A stretch of 36,295 nt of DNA from Octopus bimaculoides (lineage: Eukaryota). Of this stretch, positions 23,044 to 33,429 are shown piece by piece; the first letter of the stretch is position 1, and every line of letters starts with the position of its first letter. The position numbers and the translations under genes are program-made. The DNA is taken from contig NC_069004.1 in NCBI RefSeq assembly GCF_001194135.2, positions 20,132,275 to 20,168,569 on the forward strand, given 5' to 3'. The notes below the pieces were generated by a model. That model was given only the letters and a program-made list of their open reading frames with translations, did no database searches and was not told where the DNA came from.

Positions 23044-23091
23044 TCGAAACCGCGAGTCCGCTGCCCTAACCACTGGGCCACTGCGCCTCCA
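23044..23091 (-). mobile_element. tRNA-derived SINE head, second family, runs into a gap
   Basis: Minus strand GGAGGCGCAGTGGCCCAGTGGTTAGGGCAGCGGACTCGCGGTTTCGA: A-box and start of a B-box, lacking a complete anticodon arm. Confidence 0.7.
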
Positions 23092-23759
23092 CTGCATACA
23101 TATATGTACGTAAATACAGACACATGTATACGTATACACACACACACATGCAACTTTTAGAACACTGAGGAAAGGAAAGGGAGGTGGGTGTGAGGAATAC
23201 ATAGCTTTTAGGGGAGAGGGGATTGTGAAGTTGATGACATTTATTCATGCAGCGTTTCTGCTGTCCATCACACACATTCATATATAAAGCTGATAAAACC
23301 TCGAATGGAAGCAAGGAAAAGGAGAGGGTTTAATAAATTAATATGCAGTGGTAGGGGGTGGTAAGTTTATATAAGCTGTCATTCAGATCGTTAACACACC
23401 ACCAGTCTCCATTCTCTCTCTCTACGATTTGTCATGTTAAAAAAATCAGGCGCAATCACTGAACGAGTTAACTAAAATCAACGTTTGTATATTTGTGTGT
23501 ATGTATGCATTATGTGTGTGTGTGTATGTATGTATGCATGTATGTATGTGTGTGAGAAAATGTGAGAACCTGTATAGTTGGAAATAACCAAATCTCTCTC
23601 AATGTCACATGCTAACAATATATAAACGAGAGGACACATTGGATAAAATGGAAAAATATACACACGTATGTATTCCCTATAAAAGAACTGGTAATCTTCA
23701 AGTTTAGGGGGGTAAAAAAGTAAATAAAAATATTCAAGGGAAATAACTGAACGACTTAC

Positions 23760-23985
23760 CATTATTATCCGTTTTCTTTTAGCTGTTTATAAATAAATCA
23801 CACACGTGCTTTTTTTTTTTCTAAAACAGCATGCGACGGAATTTTTTCTTATAAAGTTTAAAATGTTTTTTTCTTTTTCCAAAACGGAAACGAAATGGTT
23901 TGCAGAAGTACCCGACGGAACGGAGTCAAAAACAGCAGGCAGAAAAGAAACAATTGTGCATGGAGAGAACTTTGTCGATGGAAAT
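23760..23985 (-). other. Candidate first exon (5' UTR plus ATG) of an unidentified host gene
   Basis: Ends ..GGATAATAATG|GTAAGT: ATG at 23762-23760 immediately followed by a perfect splice donor at 23759-23754. Confidence 0.4.
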
Positions 23986-24014
23986 GATAATGAAATTCAA
24001 CAGATAAATTTATA
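23985..24014 (-). promoter_or_regulatory. Candidate Pol II core promoter (TATA plus Inr)
   Basis: Minus strand TATAAAT at 24014-24008 and TCATTT Inr with +1 A at 23985, 29 nt apart; local CpG enrichment compared with the flanks. Confidence 0.45.
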
Positions 24015-24588
24015 GGACTGCATGCTGATCTCAATGAGATCGTGTTCATTAAAAANNNNNNNNNNNNNNNNNNNNNNNNNNNNNNNNNNNNNNNNNNNNN
24101 NNNNNNNNNNNNNNNNNNNNNNNNNNNNNNNNNNNNNNNNNNNNNNNNNNNNNNNNNNNNNNNNNNNNNNNNNNNNNNNNNNNNNNNNNNNNNNNNNNNN
24201 NNNNNNNNNNNNNNNNNNNNNNNNNNNNNNNNNNNNNNNNNNNNNNNNNNNNNNNNNNNNNNNNNNNNNNNNNNNNNNNNNNNNNNNNNNNNNNNNNNNN
24301 NNNNNNNNNNNNNNNNNNNNNNNNNNNNNNNNNNNNNNNNNNNNNNNNNNNNNNNNNNNNNNNNNNNNNNNNNNNNNNNNNNNNNNNNNNNNNNNNNNNN
24401 NNNNNNNNNNNNNNNNNNNNNNNNNNNNNNNNNNNNNNNNNNNNNNNNNNNNNNNNNNNNNNNNNNNNNNNNNNNNNNNNNNNNNNNNNNNNNNNNNNNN
24501 NNNNNNNNNNNNNNNNNNNNNNNNNNNNNNNNNNNNNNNNNNNNNNNNNNNNNNNNNNNNNNNNNNNNNNNNNNNNNNNNNNNNNNNN

Positions 24589-24700
24589 TTGGTCTGCTCG
24601 AGGCTATAGTAGAAGACACTTGCCCAAGGTGCCACGTAGTGGGAATGAACCCGGAACCATGTGGTTGGTAAGCAAGCTACCTACCACACAGCCACTCCTA
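24589..24700 (-). mobile_element. tRNA-derived SINE head, same family as 9005-9392
   Basis: Minus strand AGGAGTGGCTGTGTGGTAGGTAGCTTGCTTACCAACCACATGGTTCCGGGTTCATTCCC..GGCACCTTGGGCAAGTGTCTTCTACTATAGCCTCG; continues into a gap. Confidence 0.88.
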
Positions 24701-24784
24701 GTTAAAAAAAATTAATTAAAAAATCTGTGACTGAGATTGAAAAGATCCAAATGTTTAATATAAAATGTAAATAGCTTCCTTTGT

Positions 24785-25660
24785 GGATCTTTTTTAAAAC
24801 GGGGGCCACATTTTTCATTAACGAAACACTTTGAAACTTGGAACACTGGTAGAATGTGTCATATAAAACATCTTTTTCTCTTAGTCTTCTTAAAAAAAAA
24901 AAGAAATCCATAAGTTATTCCATGTTAAAGTTGTCGTATTTCTGTAATTTCAACCAATCACTGACGTCCATTCAGCCGATATACATTAAGTGCCGACTAC
25001 ATAAACAAACGATTCTGAAACAATTAACCCTAACCCTAACCCTAACCCTAACCCTAGGGTTAGGGTTAGGGTTAGGGTTAAAGCAAATTTAAANNNNNNN
25101 NNNNNNNNNNNNNNNNNNNNNNNNNNNNNNNNNNNNNNNNNNNNNNNNNNNNNNNNNNNNNNNNNNNNNNNNNNNNNNNNNNNNNNNNNNNNNNNNNNNN
25201 NNNNNNNNNNNNNNNNNNNNNNNNNNNNNNNNNNNNNNNNNNNNNNNNNNNNNNNNNNNNNNNNNNNNNNNNNNNNNNNNNNNNNNNNNNNNNNNNNNNN
25301 NNNNNNNNNNNNNNNNNNNNNNNNNNNNNNNNNNNNNNNNNNNNNNNNNNNNNNNNNNNNNNNNNNNNNNNNNNNNNNNNNNNNNNNNNNNNNNNNNNNN
25401 NNNNNNNNNNNNNNNNNNNNNNNNNNNNNNNNNNNNNNNNNNNNNNNNNNNNNNNNNNNNNNNNNNNNNNNNNNNNNNNNNNNNNNNNNNNNNNNNNNNN
25501 NNNNNNNNNNNNNNNNNNNNNNNNNNNNNNNNNNNNNAAAAATATTTTTCTGTTCTATAACACAAAATAGATAAATATATGAAGTTTGAAAGTCTTTCCG
25601 TACCAAAAAGACTACGTAAAACATTAATGAAAAATGTGGCCCCCGTTTTAAAATAGATCC
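24785..25660. mobile_element. Inverted-repeat-bounded segment, probably a non-autonomous DNA transposon or MITE
   Basis: 37-bp inverted repeat GGATCTWTTTTAAAACGGGGGCCACATTTTTCATTAA at 24785-24821 and 25624-25660 (36/37 identical); the interior is partly gap. Confidence 0.6.
25025..25080. repeat. Interstitial telomeric repeat, (TAACCC)5-TA-(GGGTTA)4, perfect 50-bp palindrome 25031-25080
   Basis: Directly visible; centre CCCT|AGGG between 25055 and 25056. Confidence 0.97.
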
Positions 25661-26217
25661 TCTTTTGTAATAAAAATGGAAACATTTTTGAACATTTGAG
25701 GACCTCGATGTTGTGACTCTTCCGGACTAACTGAAATAGCAGCCTACGATCTCAAAAACAAATGATTGATTTAATAATGCAGTATTTGATATACAAAAAG
25801 ATAGGCTAGAACATGTTTGATTATAGGTTAGAACTAATGTTATTTTTTGTTTGCGTTTGTTTAATTTTTATTTTATTTTCGACTTGAATAAAATTGAAAA
25901 TTTGAATCAACTAGAAATAGTTAAATATTAGAGCAGTTAAAGAATATGTCAATTTATGACCTCAACATTGTTGCTTTGTTAGTAAAAAACATTTTCTTTT
26001 GTGATTTCATACTATTCTTGAACTTTTACCAATTTCATTCTGGCAATCCTCCAATATTAGTCGCATAAATGTCAAAATACACAGCTGATTGTTTGGTAAT
26101 TTACGTAAAGAATTCTTATTTATTTACTTTTGTTTTCATGTCCTGTTGAAACCGATATTTGTGTGTGTGTGTAAACCATCTAGTCCATAAATCAGGTTAA
26201 AATGCACTCAGTAGAGT

Positions 26218-27138
26218 GGGTATATTAATGAAAGTATACAGTATTATAGCCATTATGGCCAATCTGACCATAATCAGTTTTGCACTTGGGGTTCAACAGA
26301 GTGTTAGGTAACAGTCCAATTATGTAACCCTGAGCTCTTCAGAGGTAGCTGTTATGGAATAAAATATGGTGACTGCTCTCCATTGTTAGAGGTGAGTAGA
26401 CGGTGACCAGTAATAAAGTCGAAAGAAAAAAAAGTTACAGTAATAAAGTCACAATTTTGGTTAGGGAAAAAAGTCACAATTAATTTATGGAATCTGGACA
26501 AAACCGCCCTCAGACCCCCACCCCAGACAAAACCCCTGTGTCTTTTCCTGTGTTTTTATTCCCGTAACTTTTTTTTTACCTTGATTCGAGTAGACACATC
26601 TGGTTTGTAGTTGCTTTGAAAAAGATGATGAAATGAATCGAGTTGGGGATTAGGTTAAGAGTTATGTTCCTTGGTATCAAAAGCATCATCTCTGGGGGTG
26701 GTTTTGTTGCAAATCAGTGAGAATTTTCTGGAAAAGAGTCTGTGGAAAATGTGTGTCTTTAAGGTTGGTGTTCTTGTGGAGATGGAATGGGTGCTATATG
26801 TATAACCTTTGTATGGAGTGTGGGGCATGCACATCTGTGTTTTGTTAGTGTGTTTTCTTTCATGTTTTGGTTAAATTCTTGGAACATTTACATATGCATG
26901 CAGTGTTTGTAAAAGTACAATATGTGTGGGGTCTTATATTGGTGGTGGTGGAAAACAGTCTGTTGAGTGGGTGTCCACTGTGTAGTCACCATATTTCATT
27001 CCATAACAGCAACCTCTGAAGAGCTCAGGGTTACATAATTAGACTGTTACCTAACACTTCAGTGAACCCCTAGTGTGAAACCAATCAGTAAGATCGGTTG
27101 TAAAGGATATATAATACTGTACACTTCAATTAACATCC
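26218..27138. mobile_element. Non-autonomous element with ~155-bp inverted repeats
   Basis: Arms 26218-26374 and 26984-27138. The inner 74 bp differ at 3 positions; the outer ~80 bp are about 70% identical by eye. Confidence 0.8.
26405..26582. repeat. Short-motif array (AAAAGTCACA repeats, inverted GT-ACTTTTTT at the far end), possibly a nested MITE
   Basis: TAATAAAGTCGA, AAAAGTTACA, TAATAAAGTCACA and GGAAAAAAGTCACA on the left; GTGTCTTTTCC and GTAACTTTTTTTT on the right; internal GACAAAACC duplicated. Confidence 0.45.
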
Positions 27139-27330
27139 ATACATACATACAAACACATACATAAAGCTAAACACACTTGCACACACAAACACACCCATAC
27201 ATGTACACCCATTATCTTTCATATACACATACATACATAAATACATACATCTTGTATGTATATATGTATGCAGATTTACATGTGTGATCTAAAAGTACAT
27301 GTACAAGTACTTTTTTTGTGTATGTGTGTG

Positions 27331-27422
27331 TATGTATATATGTTTGTGCGTATTTATGTGCATGTATATATGTTTGTGCATATTTATGTGCATGTATATA
27401 TGTTTGGGCAAATTTATGTGCA
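27331..27422. repeat. 30-bp minisatellite, 3 copies, in a TA/CA-rich tract
   Basis: Unit YATGTATATATGTTTGKGCRWATTTATGTG repeated three times. Confidence 0.9.
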
Positions 27423-27869
27423 TATATGTGTATGTACCCTCTGTACATACACAATAGCTGGGGTTTATTTCTCACTAACGTTTTTATATTATCAATATAC
27501 TGAAAATTGTTTATGTTTTTTTATGATTGTGTGTGTACATGCATAAGTGTGTGTGTGTGTGTTCAACTTTATGTACGAGTGTATGTATATATATATGTGT
27601 GTGTGTATGTGTGAGTGAATGTGTGTGTGCGAGTGTGTGTCTCACTATTGACGTCATGGACATGAAAGTCAATGGATGTGTGCACATGTACAAGCATGTG
27701 TTTCACCTTTCAGTTCCCTTACGGACTTGAAAGGCAAATGTCAAGTTCAACAGGACATGAAAACAGAAGTAAATAAATAAAAATTATGGAAATTGCTGAA
27801 CAATCAGCTCTAGATTTTGACATTTACGCAACTAATATTGAAGGATTGCCTTAATTCTTTTTTGCTATA

Positions 27870-28045
27870 TGCATAAGGACCGAAACTTTGAGAGAGGAGG
27901 TTAGTCATTTACATTAACTCCAGCACTCAACGGATTTTTATTTGCTCAACCTTGAAATAATGAAAAGAAAAGTTGACCTCGGCAGAATATAAAGCATGAA
28001 GAAATGCTGTTAAGTCTGTCCAATGCATTAACAATTCTGCCAGCT
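27870..28045 (-). mobile_element. Degenerate tRNA-derived SINE, third family
   Basis: Plus strand GAAAAGAAAAGTTGACCTCGGCAGAAT..TTAACAATTCTGCCAGCTC resembles the reverse complement of a GAGCTGGCAGAATCGTTAGC-headed SINE; family recognised from recall only. Confidence 0.5.
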
Positions 28046-28614
28046 CTAATGTTTACTCCTAATTTAGTTCATGTACAAAAGACAGACCTCTGTCTTAGCA
28101 AATTACATGTTTTATGCATTTAATTCATACAAACAGAACTTAATAGAATTTAACAGAAAAGAACAATTTGGCAATTTCCTAAAATGATATTGTCTTTCCT
28201 TTTCCTGCTGTACCTTTAACCTGAATTATAGCAACAGAGATTGCACAATAAACCATCCACTAGAACAGAGCAGCTTTTCACTAACTGACGAAAAATAGAT
28301 CTGCTTCTGAATATTAGTGAAATTTTTTGACATACTTTCCTTTTCTATTATTGAAAAGACAAACCAGAGTTTGTATCCATATAATTCTCTTTCTCTATCA
28401 TGATGTTTCACAAGTCTAAAATGTCAGAAATCATTTTTATTAACATGATATTTTGTCCATCCCATTTTCAGTCCTCCTAGAAACCCCGCCCCCTCACTGT
28501 CCAGGAGGACCTGCTTACTATATGAGAAACACTGTACTAGAAGACCTGAAACTCTCCCTCTCTCACACAAACTTGCATGCATACATCATTATCATAATTT
28601 ATTCTTTTATCCTT

Positions 28615-28822
28615 TTACTTGTTTCATTCATTTGATTGCAGCTATGCTGGAGCACCACCTTTAGTCGAACAAATCAACACCACAATTTTTTCTTTGCAAG
28701 CCTAATACTTATTCTGTCACTCTCTTTTGCCGAACCACTAAGTTACAAGGGACATGAACATACCAACATCGGTTGTCAAGTGATGGTAGGGGAACAAACG
28801 CATACATACATACATACATATA
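28615..28822 (-). mobile_element. SINE 3' tail, family of 9005-9392
   Basis: GCTATGCTGGAGCACCACCTTTAGTCGAACAAATC..AAGCCTAATACTTATTCT..CCACTAAGTTACAAGGGAC..GGTTGTCAAG aligns with 9040-9215. Confidence 0.85.
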
Positions 28823-29714
28823 NNNNNNNNNNNNNNNNNNNNNNNNNNNNNNNNNNNNNNNNNNNNNNNNNNNNNNNNNNNNNNNNNNNNNNNNNNNNNN
28901 NNNNNNNNNNNNNNNNNNNNNNNNNNNNNNNNNNNNNNNNNNNNNNNNNNNNNNNNNNNNNNNNNNNNNNNNNNNNNNNNNNNNNNNNNNNNNNNNNNNN
29001 NNNNNNNNNNNNNNNNNNNNNNNNNNNNNNNNNNNNNNNNNNNNNNNNNNNNNNNNNNNNNNNNNNNNNNNNNNNNNNNNNNNNNNNNNNNNNNNNNNNN
29101 NNNNNNNNNNNNNNNNNNNNNNNNNNNNNNNNNNNNNNNNNNNNNNNNNNNNNNNNNNNNNNNNNNNNNNNNNNNNNNNNNNNNNNNNNNNNNNNNNNNN
29201 NNNNNNNNNNNNNNNNNNNNNNNNNNNNNNNNNNNNNNNNNNNNNNNNNNNNNNNNNNNNNNNNNNNNNNNNNNNNNNNNNNNNNNNNNNNNNNNNNNNN
29301 NNNNNNNNNNNNNNNNNNNNNNNNNNNNNNNNNNNNNNNNNNNNNNNNNNNNNNNNNNNNNNNNNNNNNNNNNNNNNNNNNNNNNNNNNNNNNNNNNNNN
29401 NNNNNNNNNNNNNNNNNNNNNNNNNNNNNNNNNNNNNNNNNNNNNNNNNNNNNNNNNNNNNNNNNNNNNNNNNNNNNNNNNNNNNNNNNNNNNNNNNNNN
29501 NNNNNNNNNNNNNNNNNNNNNNNNNNNNNNNNNNNNNNNNNNNNNNNNNNNNNNNNNNNNNNNNNNNNNNNNNNNNNNNNNNNNNNNNNNNNNNNNNNNN
29601 NNNNNNNNNNNNNNNNNNNNNNNNNNNNNNNNNNNNNNNNNNNNNNNNNNNNNNNNNNNNNNNNNNNNNNNNNNNNNNNNATATATATATATATATATAC
29701 GTATGTATGTATGT

Positions 29715-30720
29715 ATATATATGCATATACATACATACTTACATGTATATGTATATACATATGCATATGTGGGCACAGGACGTCACAAAACATAAACAAG
29801 AAGAAATACAAAATATGAGGACATGAAATAAGGACTTTTTTTGCAAGCAACGAAAGAAACAAATGGAAAACAAGACAAGCAACACAAAGAACGACCCTTC
29901 ATCAGTTGTCGGCTGTTTTTCTAATCCATATTTTGAGCAATTCACAACAAGATATACCTTCGATAAGACAGTTTCTTCCGTAAAGCAAATTAAATAAAAT
30001 CTGTGATCTTGTGAAGGGTCAAGATTGGTGACAAAAACAGGAGAGTGAAAACAAACAGGAAGGGCTGCTAAGCCTAAACAAGGCTGTGGTGGCGAACGCG
30101 AAGAAACAAGTCTGGACAGGAGACAGAGAACAGTACGTCTTCCCTGTCCAGCTGAAACAAGAAGAAAGAAGGAAACACAAGAGAAGAAAGAAAAATGGCC
30201 AATGGTCACGTGGGAGCCACATGAGCAAAGGAGGCAGAGTTAGCGAGAGAGAGTGACAGACAGAGAACTGGGAAGGGGAGAGGATAAGAGAGAAAAAAAG
30301 AGAGGGAGAAGGGGAGGCAAAAGAAAGGAAGAGAGAAAACGAAAGAGTAGAAGAATAGAATAGTGGGAGAAGAGGAGGCAAAAGAACAAGGGAAAGGTAG
30401 AGAGAAAATGAAAGAGTAAAAGGATAGAATAGTGGGAGAAGAGGAGGTAAAAGAATAAGAGAAAGGAAAGGAGAAAATGACAGAGTAAATGGATAGAATA
30501 GTGGGAGAAGAGAGAAAAAACGAAAGAATAATAGGAAGAATAGAGTCGCATCGGAGTTATTAAGATAAAACTTAATTGGAAAAGGATGCATAGCATTCTA
30601 TCATATAATAATACAAATAATATATATATATGCATATATACATACATACTTAAATGTATACCTATATACATATGCATATGTGGGCACAGGACGTCACAAA
30701 ACATAAACAACAAAAAATAC
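29715..30720. mobile_element. ~910-bp unit bounded by ~95-bp direct repeats (unclassified retroelement-like repeat)
   Basis: CATACATACTTA.ATGTATA..TATATACATATGCATATGTGGGCACAGGACGTCACAAAACATAAACAA.AA.AAATAC occurs at ~29715-29809 and ~30622-30720. Confidence 0.65.
30341..30521. repeat. 69-bp polypurine minisatellite (~2.6 copies plus degenerate flanks)
   Basis: Units start at 30341, 30410 and 30479 with core GAGTA..ATAGAATAGTGGGAGAAGAG. Confidence 0.85.
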
Positions 30721-30726
30721 GATGTG

Positions 30727-30884
30727 TTTCTTTCAGCTTCCATCTACCAAGTCCACTCACAAGGTTTTATTTGGCCCAAGGTTATAGCAGAAGACAGCTG
30801 CCCAAAGTGCCACACAGTGGGACTGAACCCAGAACCATGTGGTTGGTAAGCAAGCTACTTACCACACAGCTACTCCTGTGCCTA
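30727..30884 (-). mobile_element. tRNA-derived SINE head and body
   Basis: Homologous to 24589-24700 and 9240-9392. Confidence 0.88.
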
Positions 30885-30889
30885 TAATG

Positions 30890-31070
30890 TCCATGTTCCA
30901 TGCTAACATGGGTTGGCTGACTTGATAGGATCCAATGGGTCCCAGAACTATATTGTGCTCCAGTATCTCCTTTGGCATGGTTACTATGGCTGGATGCCCT
31001 TCCTAATGCCAACATGCTTATAATGGGTGTTTTTCTTGTGCCACTGGCACTAGTACAGTCACCATGTTTG
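30890..31070 (-). mobile_element. RTE-type 3' tail fragment, family of 1-323
   Basis: GGATGCCCTTCCTAATGCCAAC is the reverse complement of the motif at 180-201; CATGCTAACATGGGTTGG matches the reverse complement of ~277-294. Confidence 0.7.
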
Positions 31071-32049
31071 CAAGAGCACTAACTCTAAGGTGGCAGCTTC
31101 ATGTATAGAGATGAAGGGTTAAAGTATGAGAGAAGGAGCTAGAACAGAAGAGGTTTCTTGCTGTAGAAGAGCTACATGACTATTCACATTTTGAATAGAG
31201 CTAAGAAGAGATAAGAATAGTGGTGATGAGGTGTCTGTGTGGACCTTCACTGTATGAAGTAGTAGAGAGAATGGAGGAGGTTGTAAGAGTGTTGGGGTAA
31301 TGAGATGGGGTATGGGTGAGGGGAGGTAAGTAACAGCTGTAAAGGCTGAGTAGGACTGAAGGGTGCTTGTAGTGAATGGCAGATAAGGGCTGGGGGATGA
31401 CCAATAATGCATGAGTTAGGAGAGGTAGGAAGCAGTAGATGATTGACAATATAGAAAAATTTTGGGAAGAACAGCAGAATTGTAATAATGATACAGTGGA
31501 AAGAGAAAAGGCAAAGAGATAATGTGGTTTGATAGGTTGCCTTTAGAGAGAGATCAAGGCAACGTCTTAATTTACTATTTTTGATTCTGGATTTATTAGT
31601 AGAAGATAAAAGTTATGGATTTTTTATCCATTTTAATAATACTTTGAAAAGAATGATTAAATTAACCCATTTACAAAATGGGTGGTGATGATAACTACCA
31701 TCCATCAAGTCCCCAGTTTGCACATAGGGAAATGGGCTGTAGAAATACAGGTTAGCTGCAAATACTCAATAAGCATCCTGGACAAAATCACAGGTTGTCT
31801 TTTGGCAAGGTGTAACACCTGTCAGCCACCCTGCCAGGGTCACAGTGAAATCCTGAAACCCTGAAAATAGTGGAAATGTCACTATCATTGGAAAGCAAGA
31901 TGGTTGTAGGGAATGGAATGCAAGACATAAAATACTTTGTCTTTTGGATTTCTTCCCACTTCACAGAACAAATTATACTTTTGTGAAACTTGGTCTGGGA
32001 AACCCGTCAGTTTGACTGGTACTGCAGTTGTCTCTAGGACTTTTGACTA

Positions 32050-32370
32050 TAAGTAATTAGCAATCAAAAGACATTCCATAACTTGCATTAACTTCAGAAA
32101 TTCATCAACTACTTCTCCCACCCAAAATTTGATGGAGTCTATTTTCTATACATTTTTAGTGTTAGTTGTACCTGTGCATCTTCCACACACAAAAACTAGT
32201 TTCCCTGAGAACCTTCCTCTGATATTGCTGCACCTCTTATGTATCCATAACTTATGCTACATACATCTTATGGAATTTCTACCTACACCTTTTCTACAGA
32301 TTGAGTAGAGCCACCCACCTGAAGGGATCAGTGATTTGTCTGCTTTCCTACTTACTAAGGCTTTGGTTTT
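32050..32370 (-). pseudogene. RTE family A fragment: post-RT region with a Cys/His-rich insert
   Basis: KTKALVSRKADKSLIPSGGWLYSICRKGVGRNSIRCM*HKLWIHKRCSNIRGRFSGKLVFVCGRC..EVVDEF. Confidence 0.7.
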
Positions 32371-32865
32371 TAATTGATTTTCAAGAATAAATTCAATTAG
32401 ATATTGATCATTTCTGAAGGCATGTTCCCAAGCAAATTTTGAAAATGATCCCTCAACTTTTCTCTGTGGACTTTTGTTTCGCTAGTAATGTCTGCTTGTT
32501 TGCTGCAACTTGTTTAATTCAGTTTATTTAGCTTTCTTGCTGAGATTGATATAGGTCTAGTAGTTCTTTCTGTGGCTTTTTGAAATTGGCTTCATCTGAA
32601 GGACTTGGATGCTATTCACATCTCCAATTATGAGAACAATGTGCTTTGGTATTTGTCTCACTGATAAGGAGAGAGCCAATTAAAAATTGGAAATCACTTC
32701 TTCATCTGCTGTGTTTGTTGGTGAATATGAGTGATGTTTCTGGATTTTATTGATAAGAGGCTATTACTATTCTTGAATGAATTTTTATTATGCTGCTTAA
32801 AGATTTAAGGGTAGGTGGGCTTAGTAGCATGCCTACACTGCCAATGGTAAAATTAGTAGAATGTG
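32370..32865 (-). pseudogene. RTE family B pieces: endonuclease N-half fused to a linker segment
   Basis: TIGSVGMLLSPPTLKSL..SRIVIA..SYSPTNTADEE..VRQIPKHIVLIIGDVN, then an abrupt jump to SPSDEANFKKPQKELL and DHFQNLLGNMP. Confidence 0.75.
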
Positions 32866-33422
32866 AAGAAGTGCCAATCTCTAAGAGTGGAGGGAAGCTG
32901 TAGAAGAGGGAGACCCAGGAAGACATGGGATGAGGTGGTGAAGCATGATCTTCAAATGTTGGGCCTCGCAGAGGCAATGACTAATGACCAAGACCTTGGT
33001 GGTGTGCCATGCTTGAGAAGACCTGTCAAGCCAAGTGAAATCATAGTTGTGGCTGTTGTTGGTGTCACATAACTGGTATCCATGCCAGTGGCATGTAAAA
33101 AGCGTTTTTCAAGCATTGGGCCTCACTGAGACAATGACAAATGACTGAGACCTTTGGCAATATGCTGTGCTTGAGAAGAAGACCCATCAAGCCAAGTGAA
33201 ATCACCGTTGTGGCAGATAATGGTGTCACACAATGGGCCCCTGATACTGGTTTCACACAAAAGCACCCATTACACTCTCGGAGCGGTTGGCGTTAGGAAG
33301 GACATTCAGCTGTAGAAACCATGCCAAATCAGACTAGAGTCTGGTACAACCCCTCAACTTACCAGCTCTTGTCAAACTATTCAACCAATACCAGCATGGA
33401 CAACGAATGTTAAATGATGATG
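32860..33422 (+). mobile_element. RTE family A 3' end (C-terminus plus 3' UTR with a 157-bp tandem duplication)
   Basis: KKCQSLRVEGSCRRGRPRKTWDEVVKHDLQMLGL is the RTE C-terminal R..GRP..W motif. Units 32951-33107 and 33108-33265; ends GTTAAATGATGATG. Confidence 0.88.
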
Positions 33423-33429
33423 AAATGCA

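Noticed and set aside
23044-23091. Functional tRNA gene (also considered for 5178-5260, 24589-24700 and 30727-30884)
   Set aside because: A and B boxes are present but no full cloverleaf forms, and where sequence is available they continue into SINE body sequence.
23355-23366. Plus-strand splice donor GTG|GTAAGT
   Set aside because: An isolated donor without a credible upstream exon or promoter; such hexamers occur by chance.
25025-25080. Ancestral chromosome end-to-end fusion site
   Set aside because: The orientation is CCCTAA then TTAGGG, the reverse of a fusion scar, and the tract is very short.
23858-29862. Long ORFs of 200-400 aa in the ORF track
   Set aside because: They are open only because they run through N gaps and TA/CA microsatellites.
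29895-29912. CTGATGA on the minus strand as a second hammerhead
   Set aside because: No GAAA box follows within the next ~100 nt on that strand, so the catalytic core cannot form.
30019-30591. 190-aa Leu/Phe/Ser/Pro-rich ORF resembling a membrane protein
   Set aside because: It is the translation of the pyrimidine strand of the 69-bp minisatellite.
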